Below are positions 41,399 to 53,830 of a DNA stretch of 64,000 nt, piece after piece. Both the position numbers and the translations under genes were made by a program. This stretch comes from the human T2T-CHM13v2.0 reference genome, Homo sapiens. Numbering within the stretch: the stretch's first letter is position 1; each line of letters begins with the position of its first letter. The notes under the pieces were generated by a model. It searched no databases. It saw nothing but the letters and a program-made list of their open reading frames with translations, and was not told the DNA's origin. The stretch lies in contig CP068257.2 in NCBI GenBank assembly GCA_009914755.4, positions 17,152,001-17,216,000 on the forward strand, given 5' to 3'.

Positions 41399-42285
41399 TT
41401 CTTTTTTATTATTTATTTATTTTTTATTTATTTTATTTTTTATTTTACAGGATACATATGCAGAACGTGCAGGTTTGTTACATAGGTATACATGTGCCAT
41501 GGTGGTTTGCTGCACCTATTGACCCATCCTCTAAGTTCCCTCTGTTCACCCCCCAACCCCAAACAGGCCCTGTTTTGTGTTGTTTCCCCCCATGTGTCCA
41601 TGTATTCTCAACTCCCACTTATGAGTGAGAACATGCGGTGTTTGGTTTTCTGCTTCTTGTTAGTTTGCTGAGGATAATGGCTTCCAGCTTCATCTATGTC
41701 CTTGCAAAGGACATGATCTCATTCCTTTTTATGGCTGCATAGTATTATGGTATATATGTATCACATTTTCCTTATCTAGTCTATCGTTGATGGGCATTTG
41801 GGTTGGTTCCATATCTTTGCTATTGTAAATAGTGCTACAGTAAACATACATGTGCATGTGTCTTTATAGCAGAATGATTTATATTCCTTTGAGTATATAC
41901 TCTGTAATGGAATTGATGGGTCAAATGGTATTGCTGGTTCTAATCCTTGGGGAATTGCCACACCGTCTTCCACATGGGTGAAATAATTTACATTCCCAAC
42001 TGTGTAAAAGCATTCCTATTTCTCCACAGCCTCACCAGCATCTACTATTTCTTGCCTTTTTAATAATCACCATTCTGACTGGCATGAGATGGTATCTCAT
42101 TGTGGTTTTGATTTGGATTTCTTTAATGATTAGTGATGTTGAGCTTTTTTTCATATTTCTGTTGGTGATGTAAATGCCTTATTTTGAGAAGTGTCTGTTC
42201 ATATGCTTTGCCCACTTTTTGATGGAGTTGTTTGGTTTTTTTTCTTGTAAATTTGTTAGAGTTTCTTGTAGATTCCGGATATTAG
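41399..42285 (-). mobile_element. Young LINE-1 (L1PA-like) 3' segment, minus orientation, with a T-rich (TTTAT)n tail
   Basis: T-rich tail 41399-41447, then 'caggatacatatgcagaacgtgcaggtttgttacataggtatacatgtgccatggtggtttgctgcacc...', the reverse complement of the L1 3' end. It continues to 'gattccggatattag', the reverse complement of ORF2 'ctaatatccagaatc'. ORF 41776-41973(-) is an ORF2 C-terminal peptide. Confidence 0.95.
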
Positions 42286-42835
42286 AGCAAAGCTGGAGGC
42301 ATCATGCTACCTGACTTCAAAGTATACTACAAGGCAACAGTAACCAAAACAGCATGGTACTGGTACCAAAACAGATGTATAGACCAATGGAACAGAAGAG
42401 AGACCTCAGAAATAACACCAGACATCTACAACCATCTGATCTTCAACAAACCTGACAGAAATAAGCAATGGGAAAAGGATTTCCTGTTCAATAAATGGTG
42501 TTGGGAAAACTGGCTAGCCATATGAAGAAAACTGAAACTGGACCCTTTCCTTACACCTTATACAAAAATTAACTCAAGATGGATTAAAGACTTAAATGTA
42601 AAACCCAAAACCATAAAAACCCTAGAAGAAAACCTAGGCAATACCACTCAGGACATAGGCATGGGTAAAGACTTCCTGATGAAAATGCCAAAAGCAATCG
42701 CAACAAAAGTCAAAATTGACAAATGGGATCTAATTAAACTAAAGAGTTTCTGCATAGCAAAAGAAACTAAAATCAGAGTGAACAGGCAACCTACAGAATG
42801 AGGGAAAATATTTTTGCAGTCTACCTATCTGACAG
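42286..42835 (+). mobile_element. Inverted upstream segment of the same young L1 (twin priming), plus orientation ORF2 fragment
   Basis: 'agcaaagctggaggcatcatgctacctgacttcaaagtatactacaaggcaacagtaaccaaaacagcatggtactggtaccaaaacagatgtatagaccaatggaacag...gagtttctgcatagcaaaagaaactaaaatcagagtgaacaggcaacctacagaatgagggaaaatatttttgcagtctacctatctgacag'. It ends at L1 'catctgacaa', about 10 nt before the position where the minus segment begins ('ctaatatcc'). ORF 42304-42525(+) is an ORF2 peptide. Confidence 0.9.
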
Positions 42836-45800
42836 TTTTCTTATAAGAGCACATTATGTGATATAGAGGTTTAAGGTAAAAATCCCATCACTCAGCTAGT
42901 AAGCACAGTACCCAATGGTAATTTTCAACCCATGTCGCTCTCCCTTCACTCTCTAGTAGTCTTTAGTGTCTATTGTCCCAATGTTTATGTCCATATGTGC
43001 TCAAAGTTTAGCTCCCTCTTGTAAGTGAGAACATAAAGTATTTTGTTTCCTGTTTCTGTGTTAATTCACTTAGGATTATGGCCTCTAGCTCCATCCATGT
43101 TTCTAAAAAAGACATGATTTCATTCTTTTTTATGGCTACATATTATAGTATTCTATGGTGAATATGTACCACATTTTTCTTCATCCAATACATCATTGAT
43201 GGGCACCTAAGTTGATTCCATGTCTTTACTATTGTGAACAGCACGATGATGAACATGTGAGTACATGTGTCTTTTTGGTATAATGATTAGTTTTCCTTTG
43301 GGTTGAATCCTGGGTTAAACAGTAGCTGTGTTTTAAGTTCTCTGAGAAATCTCCAAATGGCTTTCCTGTGTGAACTAATTTACATTTCCACCAACAGCAT
43401 ATAAGCATTCCCTTTGCTCTGCAGCCTTGCTTGCATCAGAATTTTTTTTGAGTTTTTAATAATAACCATTCTGACTGCTGCTAAATGGTATCTTACTGTT
43501 GTTTCGGTTTGCATTTCTCTGATGATTAGTGAGCATGACCACTTTTTCACATGTTCATTGGCAATCTGTATGTCTTATGTGGAGAAATTTCTGCTCAAAA
43601 GTCCTTTGCCCATTTTTAAAAGGGTTATTTTTTGCTTGTTGCTTTTTAAAGTTTGTATAGATTTTGGGTATTAGACTTTTGTTGAATGTACAGTTGGCAA
43701 ATATGTTCTTCCATTCTGTAGGTTGTCTGTTCTGTTTATAGTTTCTTTTGGTGTGAAGAAGTTCTTTAGTTTAATAGGCCCCACTTGTCAACTTTTGTTT
43801 TTGTTGCAATTGCTTTTGGGGACTTTGCCAAAAATTATTAGCCAAGGTTGATGTTGCGAAGGATATTTACTAAGATTTCTTCTAGGATTTTTATAGCTTG
43901 CGGTCTTACATTTAAATCTTTAACTCATCTTTAGTTAATTTTTGTGTATGGTGAAGGGTAGAGGTCCAGTTTCATTCTTCTGAATATGGCTAGCCAGTTA
44001 TTCCAGCACCATTTATTAAATACAGACTCCATTCCCCATTGCTTTTATTTGTCATCCATTTTGAGGATTATGTGGCTGTGGGTATGTAGCTTTATAGCTG
44101 AGTTTTCTGTTTTGTTCTACTGGCTTATTTGTTTATTTTTGTACCAGTACCATGCTGTTTTGGTTACAGTAGCATAATAACGTAGTTTGAATTCAGGTAA
44201 TGTGATGCCTCTGGCTTTGTTTTTAAAGATTTCTTTGGCTATTTGGGTTCCTTTTTGGTTCTATATGGATTTTGGTAGTTTTGTCTAATTCTGTGAAAAA
44301 GGATTGTGGTAGTTTGATAGGAATAGCATTGAATCTGTACATTGTTTTGAGCAGGATGGCTATTTTTACAATATTGATGTTTTCAATCCATGAGCATGGA
44401 ATGTTTTGGCATTTATTTGCATTGTCTCTGATTTCTTTCAGCAGTGTTTTGTATAGTCCTCCTGGTAGAGATCTTTCACCTCCTTGGTTAGCTGTATTCC
44501 TAGGTATTTCATTTTCTTTGTGGCTAGTGTAAATGGGTTCATACTGTTGATTTGACTTTCAGCCTGGACATTATTGGTGGATAGAAATGCTACTCAGTTT
44601 TGTACATTGATTTTGTATTCTGAAACTTTGCTAAAGGTGTTTGTCAGTTCTAGGAGCCTTTTGGTGGACTCTTCAGTGTTTGAGATACAGAGTCATCTCA
44701 TCAGCAAAGAAAATTTGATTTCTTCTTTTCATATTTAGATGCCTTTTATTTTTTCTCTTGCTTGATTTCTCTGACTAGGACATTTAGTACTATGTTAAAT
44801 AGTTGTGAGAATGGTCATCCTTGTCTTGTTCCAGTTCTTAGGGGTAATGATTCCAGCCTTTGCTTGTTCAGTGTAATGTTGGCTATGGATTTGTTATAAA
44901 TGGCTCTTATTATTTTGAGATATGTTCCTTTGATATTTAATGTGTTGAGAGTTTTTATTATAAAGGGGTGTTGGATTTTATCAAAAGCTTTTTCTGTGTC
45001 TACTGAGACAATTCTATGTTTTTTGCTATTAATCCTGTTTATGAGGTTAATTACATGTATTGATTTATGTGTGTTGAGCCAACCTTGAATTTCAGGAATA
45101 ACACCTACTTGATCATGGTGAGTTAACTTTTCGATGTGCTTCTGGCTATAGTTTGCTAGTATTTTGTGAAGGATTTTCATATCTATGTTCATCATGGATA
45201 TTGCCCTGAAGGTTTCTTTTTTCATTGCAGTGCTGCAGATTTTGTTGTCAGGCTAACACTGGCTTCACAAAATGCATTAAGGAGGAGCCTGTCCTTGACT
45301 TTTTGGGATAGTTTCAGTAGCATTAGTACCGGTTCTTTTTCATACATCTGGTAGAATTTGGCTGTGAATCCGTTTCATCCAGGCTTTCTTTTGGTTGGCA
45401 GGTATTATGTTACTTATTCAATTTCAGAACTTGATATTGGTCTATTTAGGGTTTCAATCACTTTCTGATACAATCACGAGAGACCGTGTGTTTCCTGGAA
45501 TTTGTCCATTTTTTCTAGATTTTCTAATTCATGTGCATAGTGGTCTCTGAGGACCTTTTGCATTTCTGTTGAATCAGTTATAATGTTATCTTTGTCATTT
45601 CTGATTGTACTTATTTGGATCTTCTTTTTTTGTTAATCTAGCTAGTAGTCCATCAATCTTATTTGTTCTTTTGAAAAACCATTTCGATTTTATTGGTTCT
45701 TTATATGGATTTTTGCACCTGAATTTCATTTAGTTCTTCTCCCATTTAAGTTATTCCTTTTCTTTTGCTTGCTTTGGGGTTGGTCTGTTCTTTTTTTTTT

Positions 45801-48600
45801 CTCTCTAGTTTCTTGAGATGCAAGTTAGATTGTTACTTTGAGATCTTTCTAACTTCTTGATGATGGCATTTAGTCTTTTAAACTTTCCTCCTCACATCGC
45901 TTTAGCTGTATCCCAGCGATTTTGGTAAGCTGTCTTGCGTTTGTTAGTATTTTCACTAATTTCACAAAGTTTTTTTAAAATTTCTGCTTTAATTTTTATG
46001 TACACCCAGAAGTTATTCAGTAGCAAGTTGTTTAATTTCCATATGTAGTTTTGAAAGATCTTCTTGATATTGATTTCTGTTTTTATTGCACTGCGGTCCA
46101 AGAGTTTGATTGGTACGATTACAAAATTTGAATTTATTGACACTTGCTTTATGATTGGGCATGTGGTCAGTCTCAGAATTTGTTCCATATGCAAACAAAA
46201 ATAATTCAAACTCTATAGTTGTTGGGTGGAATGTTCTGTAGATGTGTATTAGAAAGTGCCAAGTTTAAGTCCAGAGCTTCTTTGTTACTTTTCTGCCTCA
46301 ATGATATGTCTAATGCTGTAAGTGGAGTGTTGAAGTTTCCCACTATTGTTGTTGGCTGTCTAAGCCTTTTCATACATCAAAAAAATTGCTTTATGTATCT
46401 GAGTGCTCCAATATTCGGTGTGTATAGATTTAGGATAGTTAAGTATTCTTGTTAATTGTACACTTTATCATTTTGTAATATCCTTCCTTTTCCTTCTAAA
46501 GTGTTATTCATTTTTAGTCTGTTTATCTTATATAAAAATAGCAACTCCTGCTTTTTTCTGTTTTTCATTTGCATAATAGATCTTTTTTCATCCCTTTATT
46601 TTGAGCCTGTGGGTATCAATACATGTGAAATATGTCTCTTGAAGACAGCAGATGGTGAGGTCTTGTCTTTTGATTCAGCTTGCTATTTTGTCTTTGAAGG
46701 GGGGCATTTAGCCCATTTGCATTCAGCGTTAGTATTGATATGTGAGATTTTGATTCTGTCATGTTGTTAGCTGGTTGTTATGTAGGCTTGATCATGTAGT
46801 TGCTTTGTTTGTGTGCTATGTGCTTAAGTATGATTTTGTGGTAGCAGGTGTCCTTCTATCAATTCCATATTTAAGACTTCTTTAAAAACTTCTGGTAAGG
46901 ATGGTCTAGTTGAAGTAAATTCCCTCAGAATTTGTTTGTCTTAAAACAATTTTATTTATCTTTCACTTCCAAAGCTTAGCTTGGCAGGATATGACATTCT
47001 TGACTGAATTTCTTTTCTTCAAGGACAACTGAAAATAGGCCCCCAATCTCTTCTGGCTTATAAGGTTTCTGCTGAGAGGTCTTCTACTAGCCTGATGGAG
47101 TTCCCTCTGTAAGTAACCTGCTCCTTCCTTCTAGCTGCCTTTAATTTTTTTTTCCACTGACCTTAGTGAATCTGATGACTATGTTCCTTTGTTATAGTAA
47201 TCTTGTATAACATCTAGTTGTGGTTTTCTGTATTTCCTGAATTTTCATGTCATTCTCTCTAGAGAGATTAGAAAAGTTTTATGGACTATCTCCTCAAATA
47301 TATTTTCCAAATTGCTTATTCTCTTTCCTTCTCTGTCAATAATGTCAATGAGTCATAGATTTTTCTCTTTACAAAATTTCGTATTTTCAGAGGTTTTATT
47401 CATTTTTTTAAATTCTTTTTTCTTTATTTTGTCAGAATGAGTTGATTCCAGGAACTAGTCTTCAAGCTCCTGAGATTCTTTTCTCAGCTTGTCTCTTCTG
47501 CCATTAATACTTCTGATTGAATTATAAAATGATTGTATTGAATTTTTCAGCTGTATAAGTTCAGTTTGCTTCTTTCTTGAAATGGCTATTTCAGCTCTTG
47601 GATCATTTTACTGAATTTCTTGATTTCTTTGGATTGGGTTTCAACTTTCTCCTGAATCTCCATTAAATTTTTTGCCCTCCAGATTCTGTATTCTGTCTGC
47701 CATTTTAGACTACTTACAGACCATTGATGATGTTCTGGTAAACTTGGATTAAGGGGACACTCTGGCCTTTTGAACCGCCTAAGTTCTTGTGCTAATTCTT
47801 TCTCATCTTGGAGGGTTGTTGTTCCTTTAATTGTGGTGTAATTTAATTACAGTCAGTTGGCTTTGTTTATGGATGTTTCTAGAGGGCTAAAGCTCTGTAT
47901 GTGGTCTTTATTTATGGCTGAATTCTTACCCTTGGTTTCATGGGTCAGTATATTAGCAAAATATTTTTGGTGTTGTAGTTTGGGCAACTATCCAGCAGAT
48001 GGCTATCTAGAGTAACTGCCAATAGGTAAGTTCTTACTCAACCATGTGGCTCCTTTGTATTTCCTGGGTTTGCAGCTGTTCTCTGCAGTGAGGTGGGGGA
48101 GAGAGGTTACACTCTCACCAGGTATGCTCCTGGGCATTGGGGAAGTCCCCTCGGATCACTGGCACTGTGCTTGGGAATTTATTTTGCTCCAAAAGTGGAT
48201 ATTCTGGGGTGTATTTCCTTGAGCAGAGGCTGGGGCAGGAAGATAGGCCACACCATTTCTGGACAGGCTCTCCTCCCCAGGAACCATTCAGGGCTGGGAA
48301 CTAGCATTAGCATTTGGGTATGTTGCACAGTGTTCCCAGCTTCCTCCTTCTTCAGACTCAGTGTCTGTGTCATGGTTCCATATATTCTTGGTGTTTTCTC
48401 TCTGAAGATCCATCCAAATTATGTTGGTTTACCTTTTGATCTCTCTTGATGGGAGCAGCATTTTCTGGCTGCATCTAGTTGTTGGCCATCTTGTCCCTCT
48501 AGCACTGGGAATTTGATTGTGAGCTAGATTTAGTCCCTCACAACAAGCTGCATGGAATCTAGAGGGGAAAATAAACTGGAATGCCAAGAGTTATGATAAA
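42836..48600 (-). mobile_element. Older LINE-1 (L1PB/L1PA-old-like), near full length (~5.8 kb), minus orientation
   Basis: Continuous reverse-complement L1 from the 3' UTR ('...gggtactgtgcttactagctgagtgatggg' reverse-complemented at about 42840-42900). It runs through ORF2: ORF 44815-45225(-) gives '...[59 protein letters not shown]...', the reverse-transcriptase core, and ORF 45892-46209(-) is the endonuclease region. It then passes through ORF1-like sequence to 5'-UTR-like sequence at about 48000-48600. It contains many stops and frameshifts. Confidence 0.85.
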
Positions 48601-51600
48601 GCATGAGTTCAAGAAAAGGTGTTTCATTATTTTGTCTAAGGCAGGATTCCTAATTATTTTTGCATGGGGTTTGGATAAGAATCTGTCAAGGAAACAACTC
48701 CAAGCTGTGATGAAGTCAGGGTCAGTCAGCCTTTTTATTATAAGTGATCAGAAATATCAAGATGAGGATACAAAGCAGAGCATGGAGTACTGAAATACTT
48801 GTTTTCTAGAAACTTAAGGGACTCTTCAAATCATACATCATATTTATGTATCATTTTTAAAGGGATATTTTATTGCTATTTGAAGGAATAATATTTTCAC
48901 ATATATTAAGTCAGTATGCCTTGAATGAGCTTATTGAATGTACTTTATTCTTCCCCACTAGTTTCCCTCAAACTGGAGGAGACAGCGAAGGATGGAATCA
49001 TGAATAAGAAGTGGTTGGAAAAACATAATCCCACTTTTTATTCCTGGATACTGCACAGTCTTTTGTTATTAAGTTTAGCAAAAAGTTCTGAAACACAGTT
49101 CTAGATTTCTCTCATTGAACAATAGACTTAATTATCTTAATTTTATTCATCCAAAGTTTGAGAGTTAATTTAGAAACACGATGAATTATTAATAAGTTTG
49201 TATCTATCAAAAAGCACTCAAATACATAAACTTGAGTTTCTTAGTATAATACTTATCTTGTAATGTCTATGCATTAATATCTATTAATGCATGATAATAA
49301 TATAATAACAACCACAAGACAAGACAAATTTACTGCCTATAAAAAGTTCATTGCTTAATAAAATGTCATTTTGTATTACTCATTCTTATTTAAATCTTGG
49401 TCTAGACAATTAAATATCAAACCCTACAAATTTATTGAGAATACTGACTAATTAACGACCAACACAAAACCTTCAGTATAAATAGTACTTGTCTTTCATC
49501 TCCTCACCTAGATGATTAGTTATTGTTAACTGGTGAAAAAATCAGGAGCACATACATTAGTATGCATGGTGTCATAAGCGAATACAACATATACATTCTG
49601 TTTCCTCTCTTTCCACTCCTGGTATTTCCTTATATGGACTGCCTCATATCCAACCTAGAAGACATGAGACAAAAAAACCAACCTCAATTGATCAGAAAAA
49701 TTTCAAATAGGATCATTATTTATCTTATAGAGAAAGATCTAAAATGAATATGAAGAAGAATATTTGATTTGATTAGAACATTACATTTTGTCATTATTTG
49801 TGCTAATTTCAATATGGTAAAATGAAGCCCCTGGATTCTCAGTCTGAAGTAAACTGGAGACCACTATTTCAGTACCATTTTAGCACAAATATTTCACTTT
49901 TCCCTTGATATTAAAAAATAGCAGAAATGTATTTTCTTGCAATTGTTTTCTTAAGAGTGTTTCATGGGTAGCTCATTTTCCAAAGAAATATAAAGTCTAG
50001 TATGATCATCACATTCCAATATTTTTCAGGCAATTTTTTGGCATGCATATTTATCTTATTATATTATTATATATAACTGGATAACAATATGATAATTAAG
50101 CATTTTTTCAGATATATCAAGGAGAAATTAAATGATGAAAGAGATTTGATACAGCTATAGATTAATATTTTGAGGTCTAGATTTCAAAACTTCTGATTTT
50201 AAAATTTAGACTTTGTATAGCATTTTGATAGTATTGTTGGCTTGATATCAAATGTTTAGAGCTTGTGGATTATTCTTTTAATTTCAATATGAAGAATATT
50301 CAATCATTATTCTTACAATATATTGATTCAAATTTTCAATTTTTAAAATAAAGTTACATTGGGTAAATTCAAGTGTCATTGAAGTAAATTACACTACAGT
50401 GAAGAGTAGAAGGGGACAGAAAAAATATGTGTTCTCATAGTGTAGAACATTTATCATAAGAAGTAAATATTTTATGGGTCAGAAACCAGCACTTCTACTT
50501 TTATTTAAAATCACTGTATCTAGCAAATATGCATTTGTTATTTGATTTTATTTAAAACAGAGTGACATCTAGGTGACCATCAATAGTACTTGAGTCAAAA
50601 TTTAAAAATTGACATGAAATTAATCATAATACAAAAGGTTGCTATTATAAATTATAGTGAAACTAAAATAAGAATAAATTTTTGAAATGTGCTAGTAGAG
50701 ATATACAAAATGAAAGTTGCTCTAAAACATGGTGTCCCTCTTTGAGTTAGCTGTTGTCACAAAAATGCTGCATGATAATAATATAATAACAACCATAATA
50801 ACAACTACAAGATCTCAGTGGAATGTACTAACAAGCATTTATTTAGCTCATAATTCTACAGAATGGCTGGCAGGGAGACTAACCTAGACAGAGTTCTCTT
50901 GAGTATGGTTCTGTTCCACTTGTCTTTCATCTATTTCTTCGGACAGCAGGCTAGCCCAGGTGTATTCTCATTGTGTTGGCAAAGACAAAAAAAAGTTCAG
51001 GTGTAAAACTCACAACATATTTCAAGAATATATTATATAATATCTGCTAAAATACTATTGGTTGAAATAAATTATATGGCTGAGCCCAGCTTTAAAGGGT
51101 AGAAAGAATGTACCTCCCAATCTGATCTTAAAGCAAGTTCGTGATCAAGCTCAACTACAAAGAAGTCAAAATCTATATTCCTTCACTTGAAAGTGGAGGA
51201 GAGTGGTGAATATTTCTGACAAAATAATTTACCCAATAACTATATTAGTAAGACTATGTGTTATAATCTATAATTGGCTATAGTATAATGAAAGTAATCT
51301 TACAATTTACACAAGTGGCTACTAAAATGGTTCACTTAAAAATACTTTTGGTAAACCCATTTAAAAGGTATCATTTAAGTAAAGAAGATAATAAAATTAA
51401 TCTCAAAATGTATCTTCAGCGGGACTTGAGTAGGAGGTCTTTAACTCTTTTTTGTTTTTTGGTAGAAGAATTGCTACTGAAAACATGCCAGTTTTGTAAC
51501 AACTTCTATGTATCAAAGTGGATATATTGAGTAAAAAAGGAACCAGTCTTTGCCTGGCAGGACATCATTTGACGTTAGAAATGGATATGTTTCTTTTTTT

Positions 51601-52926
51601 TTACCCTGGGGTAGAAAAGAATACTGGGTGATTCTTAATCTTGAAAGAGAGGGGGCTTTCCTTGGCTAGTTGTAATGCAGTATTACTTTTTAAAATCTAT
51701 GACAAATAGACTTTAGAAAGTTTCAGTGGGAAAGCTTAAATGTTTCTTTTCATAAATGATCATTTATGTATGTTATGAAAATAAAGGAAAGAAACACACG
51801 ATTATTCTTTAATCCTTTACATCTCACACTGTTATGAGAATATGTGCATGTTTCATAATATTTCTGACAAAGATGAATTTTCACCCTTAATTCCTCTCAA
51901 TTATAAAGTAAAATGTTTAATGAACATATTTTTTGAAGATATCTTGTGTGTAAACAACACATGTAGGACTCCCAAAATGAGAACCACATTATGCACTAGG
52001 AACTTGCCCACAGATGAATATCTTCTTGTTTGTCTTTAAAAGTGAGGTGGAAGGAGATGACAGGAAAAATGTCCTCTCTTTTGTCAGACACCAGGAAGAG
52101 CTCTTTATCTAGAAGGTATTTATCTTTGCATCAGAGGACAAAAAACATAACATTTCATGTGAAGAACCAATGACCACAATATTTAGGGATAACAACGGAA
52201 GTCATTTCCTGCATCCTTCAATTCGTTGACATGATAATATAAATTCTCATTCTCCTCCTCTTAGTTGGCATGAGAAACCAAAGCTTTTTTCAGCTTCAGA
52301 GTAAGTTCAGCTGAGGCCTCCTTTGTGACTGTGTCACGGCTCAATTTCTTTCTGCTCAATTTCTGTCCCTTCCCTCATTGGTGTTGATCCCAAGAGCAAT
52401 TCCTAATGAACCCATTACACACTAATCTTCACCTCAGAGTTAGTTTCCCAGAATATCCAAGGACTAACGGGAGTCTTCTAATAAACATTCATGGGCTAGC
52501 TCATCCACGAGATTGTAGGCTTCTCAAGCAAATTTAACTTAGATGAATGTTATAGAAGTACTTTAAATAGAAAAGTGAAGTGATCATCTGATAAAAATTG
52601 ATTTGAAATGGCAGAGTATTAACAGGTAAGAATATGAGGCTATTTTACTCATCAGAGCAAGAAAGAACAGGGCTAATAGCTGATAGCTAACGTACATATG
52701 ACACTGTTCTAAATAAATTCATATAATATGTTATTAATATTCATAAAAATGCTATGATGTAGGTAATACATTTATCTCTATTACCCCATATTATATGATA
52801 AAAATGGACCACAGAAAGGTTTAGTACATTCTCTAAAGTCATGCGACTGGTAAGTGGTGAAGCCAGGACTTGAGCCAGTAGTGTGGCTTCGGAGTTCTTT
52901 CTCTTTCTCTCTATAGCCATGATGTA

Positions 52927-53364
52927 CAGTTGACCCTTGAACAATTTGGGGGTCAGGGGCATTGATGCTCTGCCAGTCAAAATCCACGTATCATTTTTGA
53001 CTCAGCCAAATTTAACTACTAATAGCTTACTGCTGATCAGAAGATTTACTGATAATATAAACAGTCATGTAATGCATAGTTTGTATGTTGTATGTGCTAT
53101 ATACTGTATTTTTATAATAAAGCAAGCTAGAGAAAAAAGTTATTAAGACAATCATACAGAAGAGAAAATTTATTTACTCTTCATTAAGTAAAAGTGGATC
53201 ATCATAAAGGTCTTCATCTTTGTCATCTTCACAGTATGTAGGCTGATGAGGAGGAGGAAAAGGAGGGATAGGTCTTGCCGTCTCAGGGTGGCAGAGGCAG
53301 AAGAAAATCCATACATACGTAGACCCACACAGTTCAAACCTGTGTTGTTCAAGAGTCTACTGTG
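52927..53364. mobile_element. Tigger-family non-autonomous DNA transposon (~440 bp, MITE-like) with terminal inverted repeats and a TA TSD
   Basis: Left terminus 'cagttgacccttgaacaatttgggggtcaggggc...cagtcaaaatccacgtatcatttttgactc'. Right terminus '...aaaatccatacatacgtagacccacacagttcaaacctgtgttgttcaagagtctactgtg', an inverted copy of the left. The internal sequence matches the recalled Tigger3/4-type MITE ('aactactaatagcttactg...taaacagtc...tgtattttataataaagcaagctagagaaaa'). Flanked by 'ta' on both sides. Confidence 0.7.
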
Positions 53365-53696
53365 TATCTGGTGATTGCTAAGACAGTAGGAACAGCAAGA
53401 CAGTTATGTGAGCAGAATAATATTATATTAATGAGGGGAAGTTAATAGGCATTTTAAATGTGATTATTGTATTTGGACAAAAGTTTGATGTACCTATGGA
53501 ATCCAAGAGGAAGTCTCTTGTAGCTAGCTGAAAGTGCAGCTCTGAGCCTATGAGAAATCTATGAAGGCGCTAAAGAGCTGGAAGCCAGAGGACATTAATG
53601 ATAGCTGGAGCCATGGCTAGTGATATGATGATTCATGGAGACTGGGTGGAAGGAAAGAGAAATGATAAGGTCAAGAATAGAATCTGGGTTGTCATG

Positions 53697-53808
53697 ATGG
53701 TATTATGTGCCTGTAGTGACAGCTACTAGGGAGGCTGAGGAAGAAGGATCACTTGAGCCCAGATGTTCAGGACCAACCTGGGCAACATAGCAAGACCCCA
53801 TCTCTAAA
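53697..53808 (+). mobile_element. Alu right-arm fragment (FRAM/truncated Alu 3' half)
   Basis: 'gtgcctgtagtgacagctactagggaggctgaggaagaaggatcacttgagcccagatgttcaggaccaacctgggcaacatagcaagaccccatctctaaaaaa'. Confidence 0.8.
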
Positions 53809-53830
53809 AAATTAATTAATTAATTAATTA
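53801..53830. repeat. (TTAA)n / (AATT)n microsatellite at the Alu-fragment tail
   Basis: 'aattaattaattaattaattaatttt'. Confidence 0.85.

Noticed and set aside
44815-45225. 136-aa ORF with a clear reverse-transcriptase motif ([14 protein letters not shown])
   Set aside because: It is the RT core of a decayed L1 ORF2 (minus strand) surrounded by stops and frameshifts. It is a LINE-1 remnant, not a cellular gene or a prokaryotic retron/RT system.
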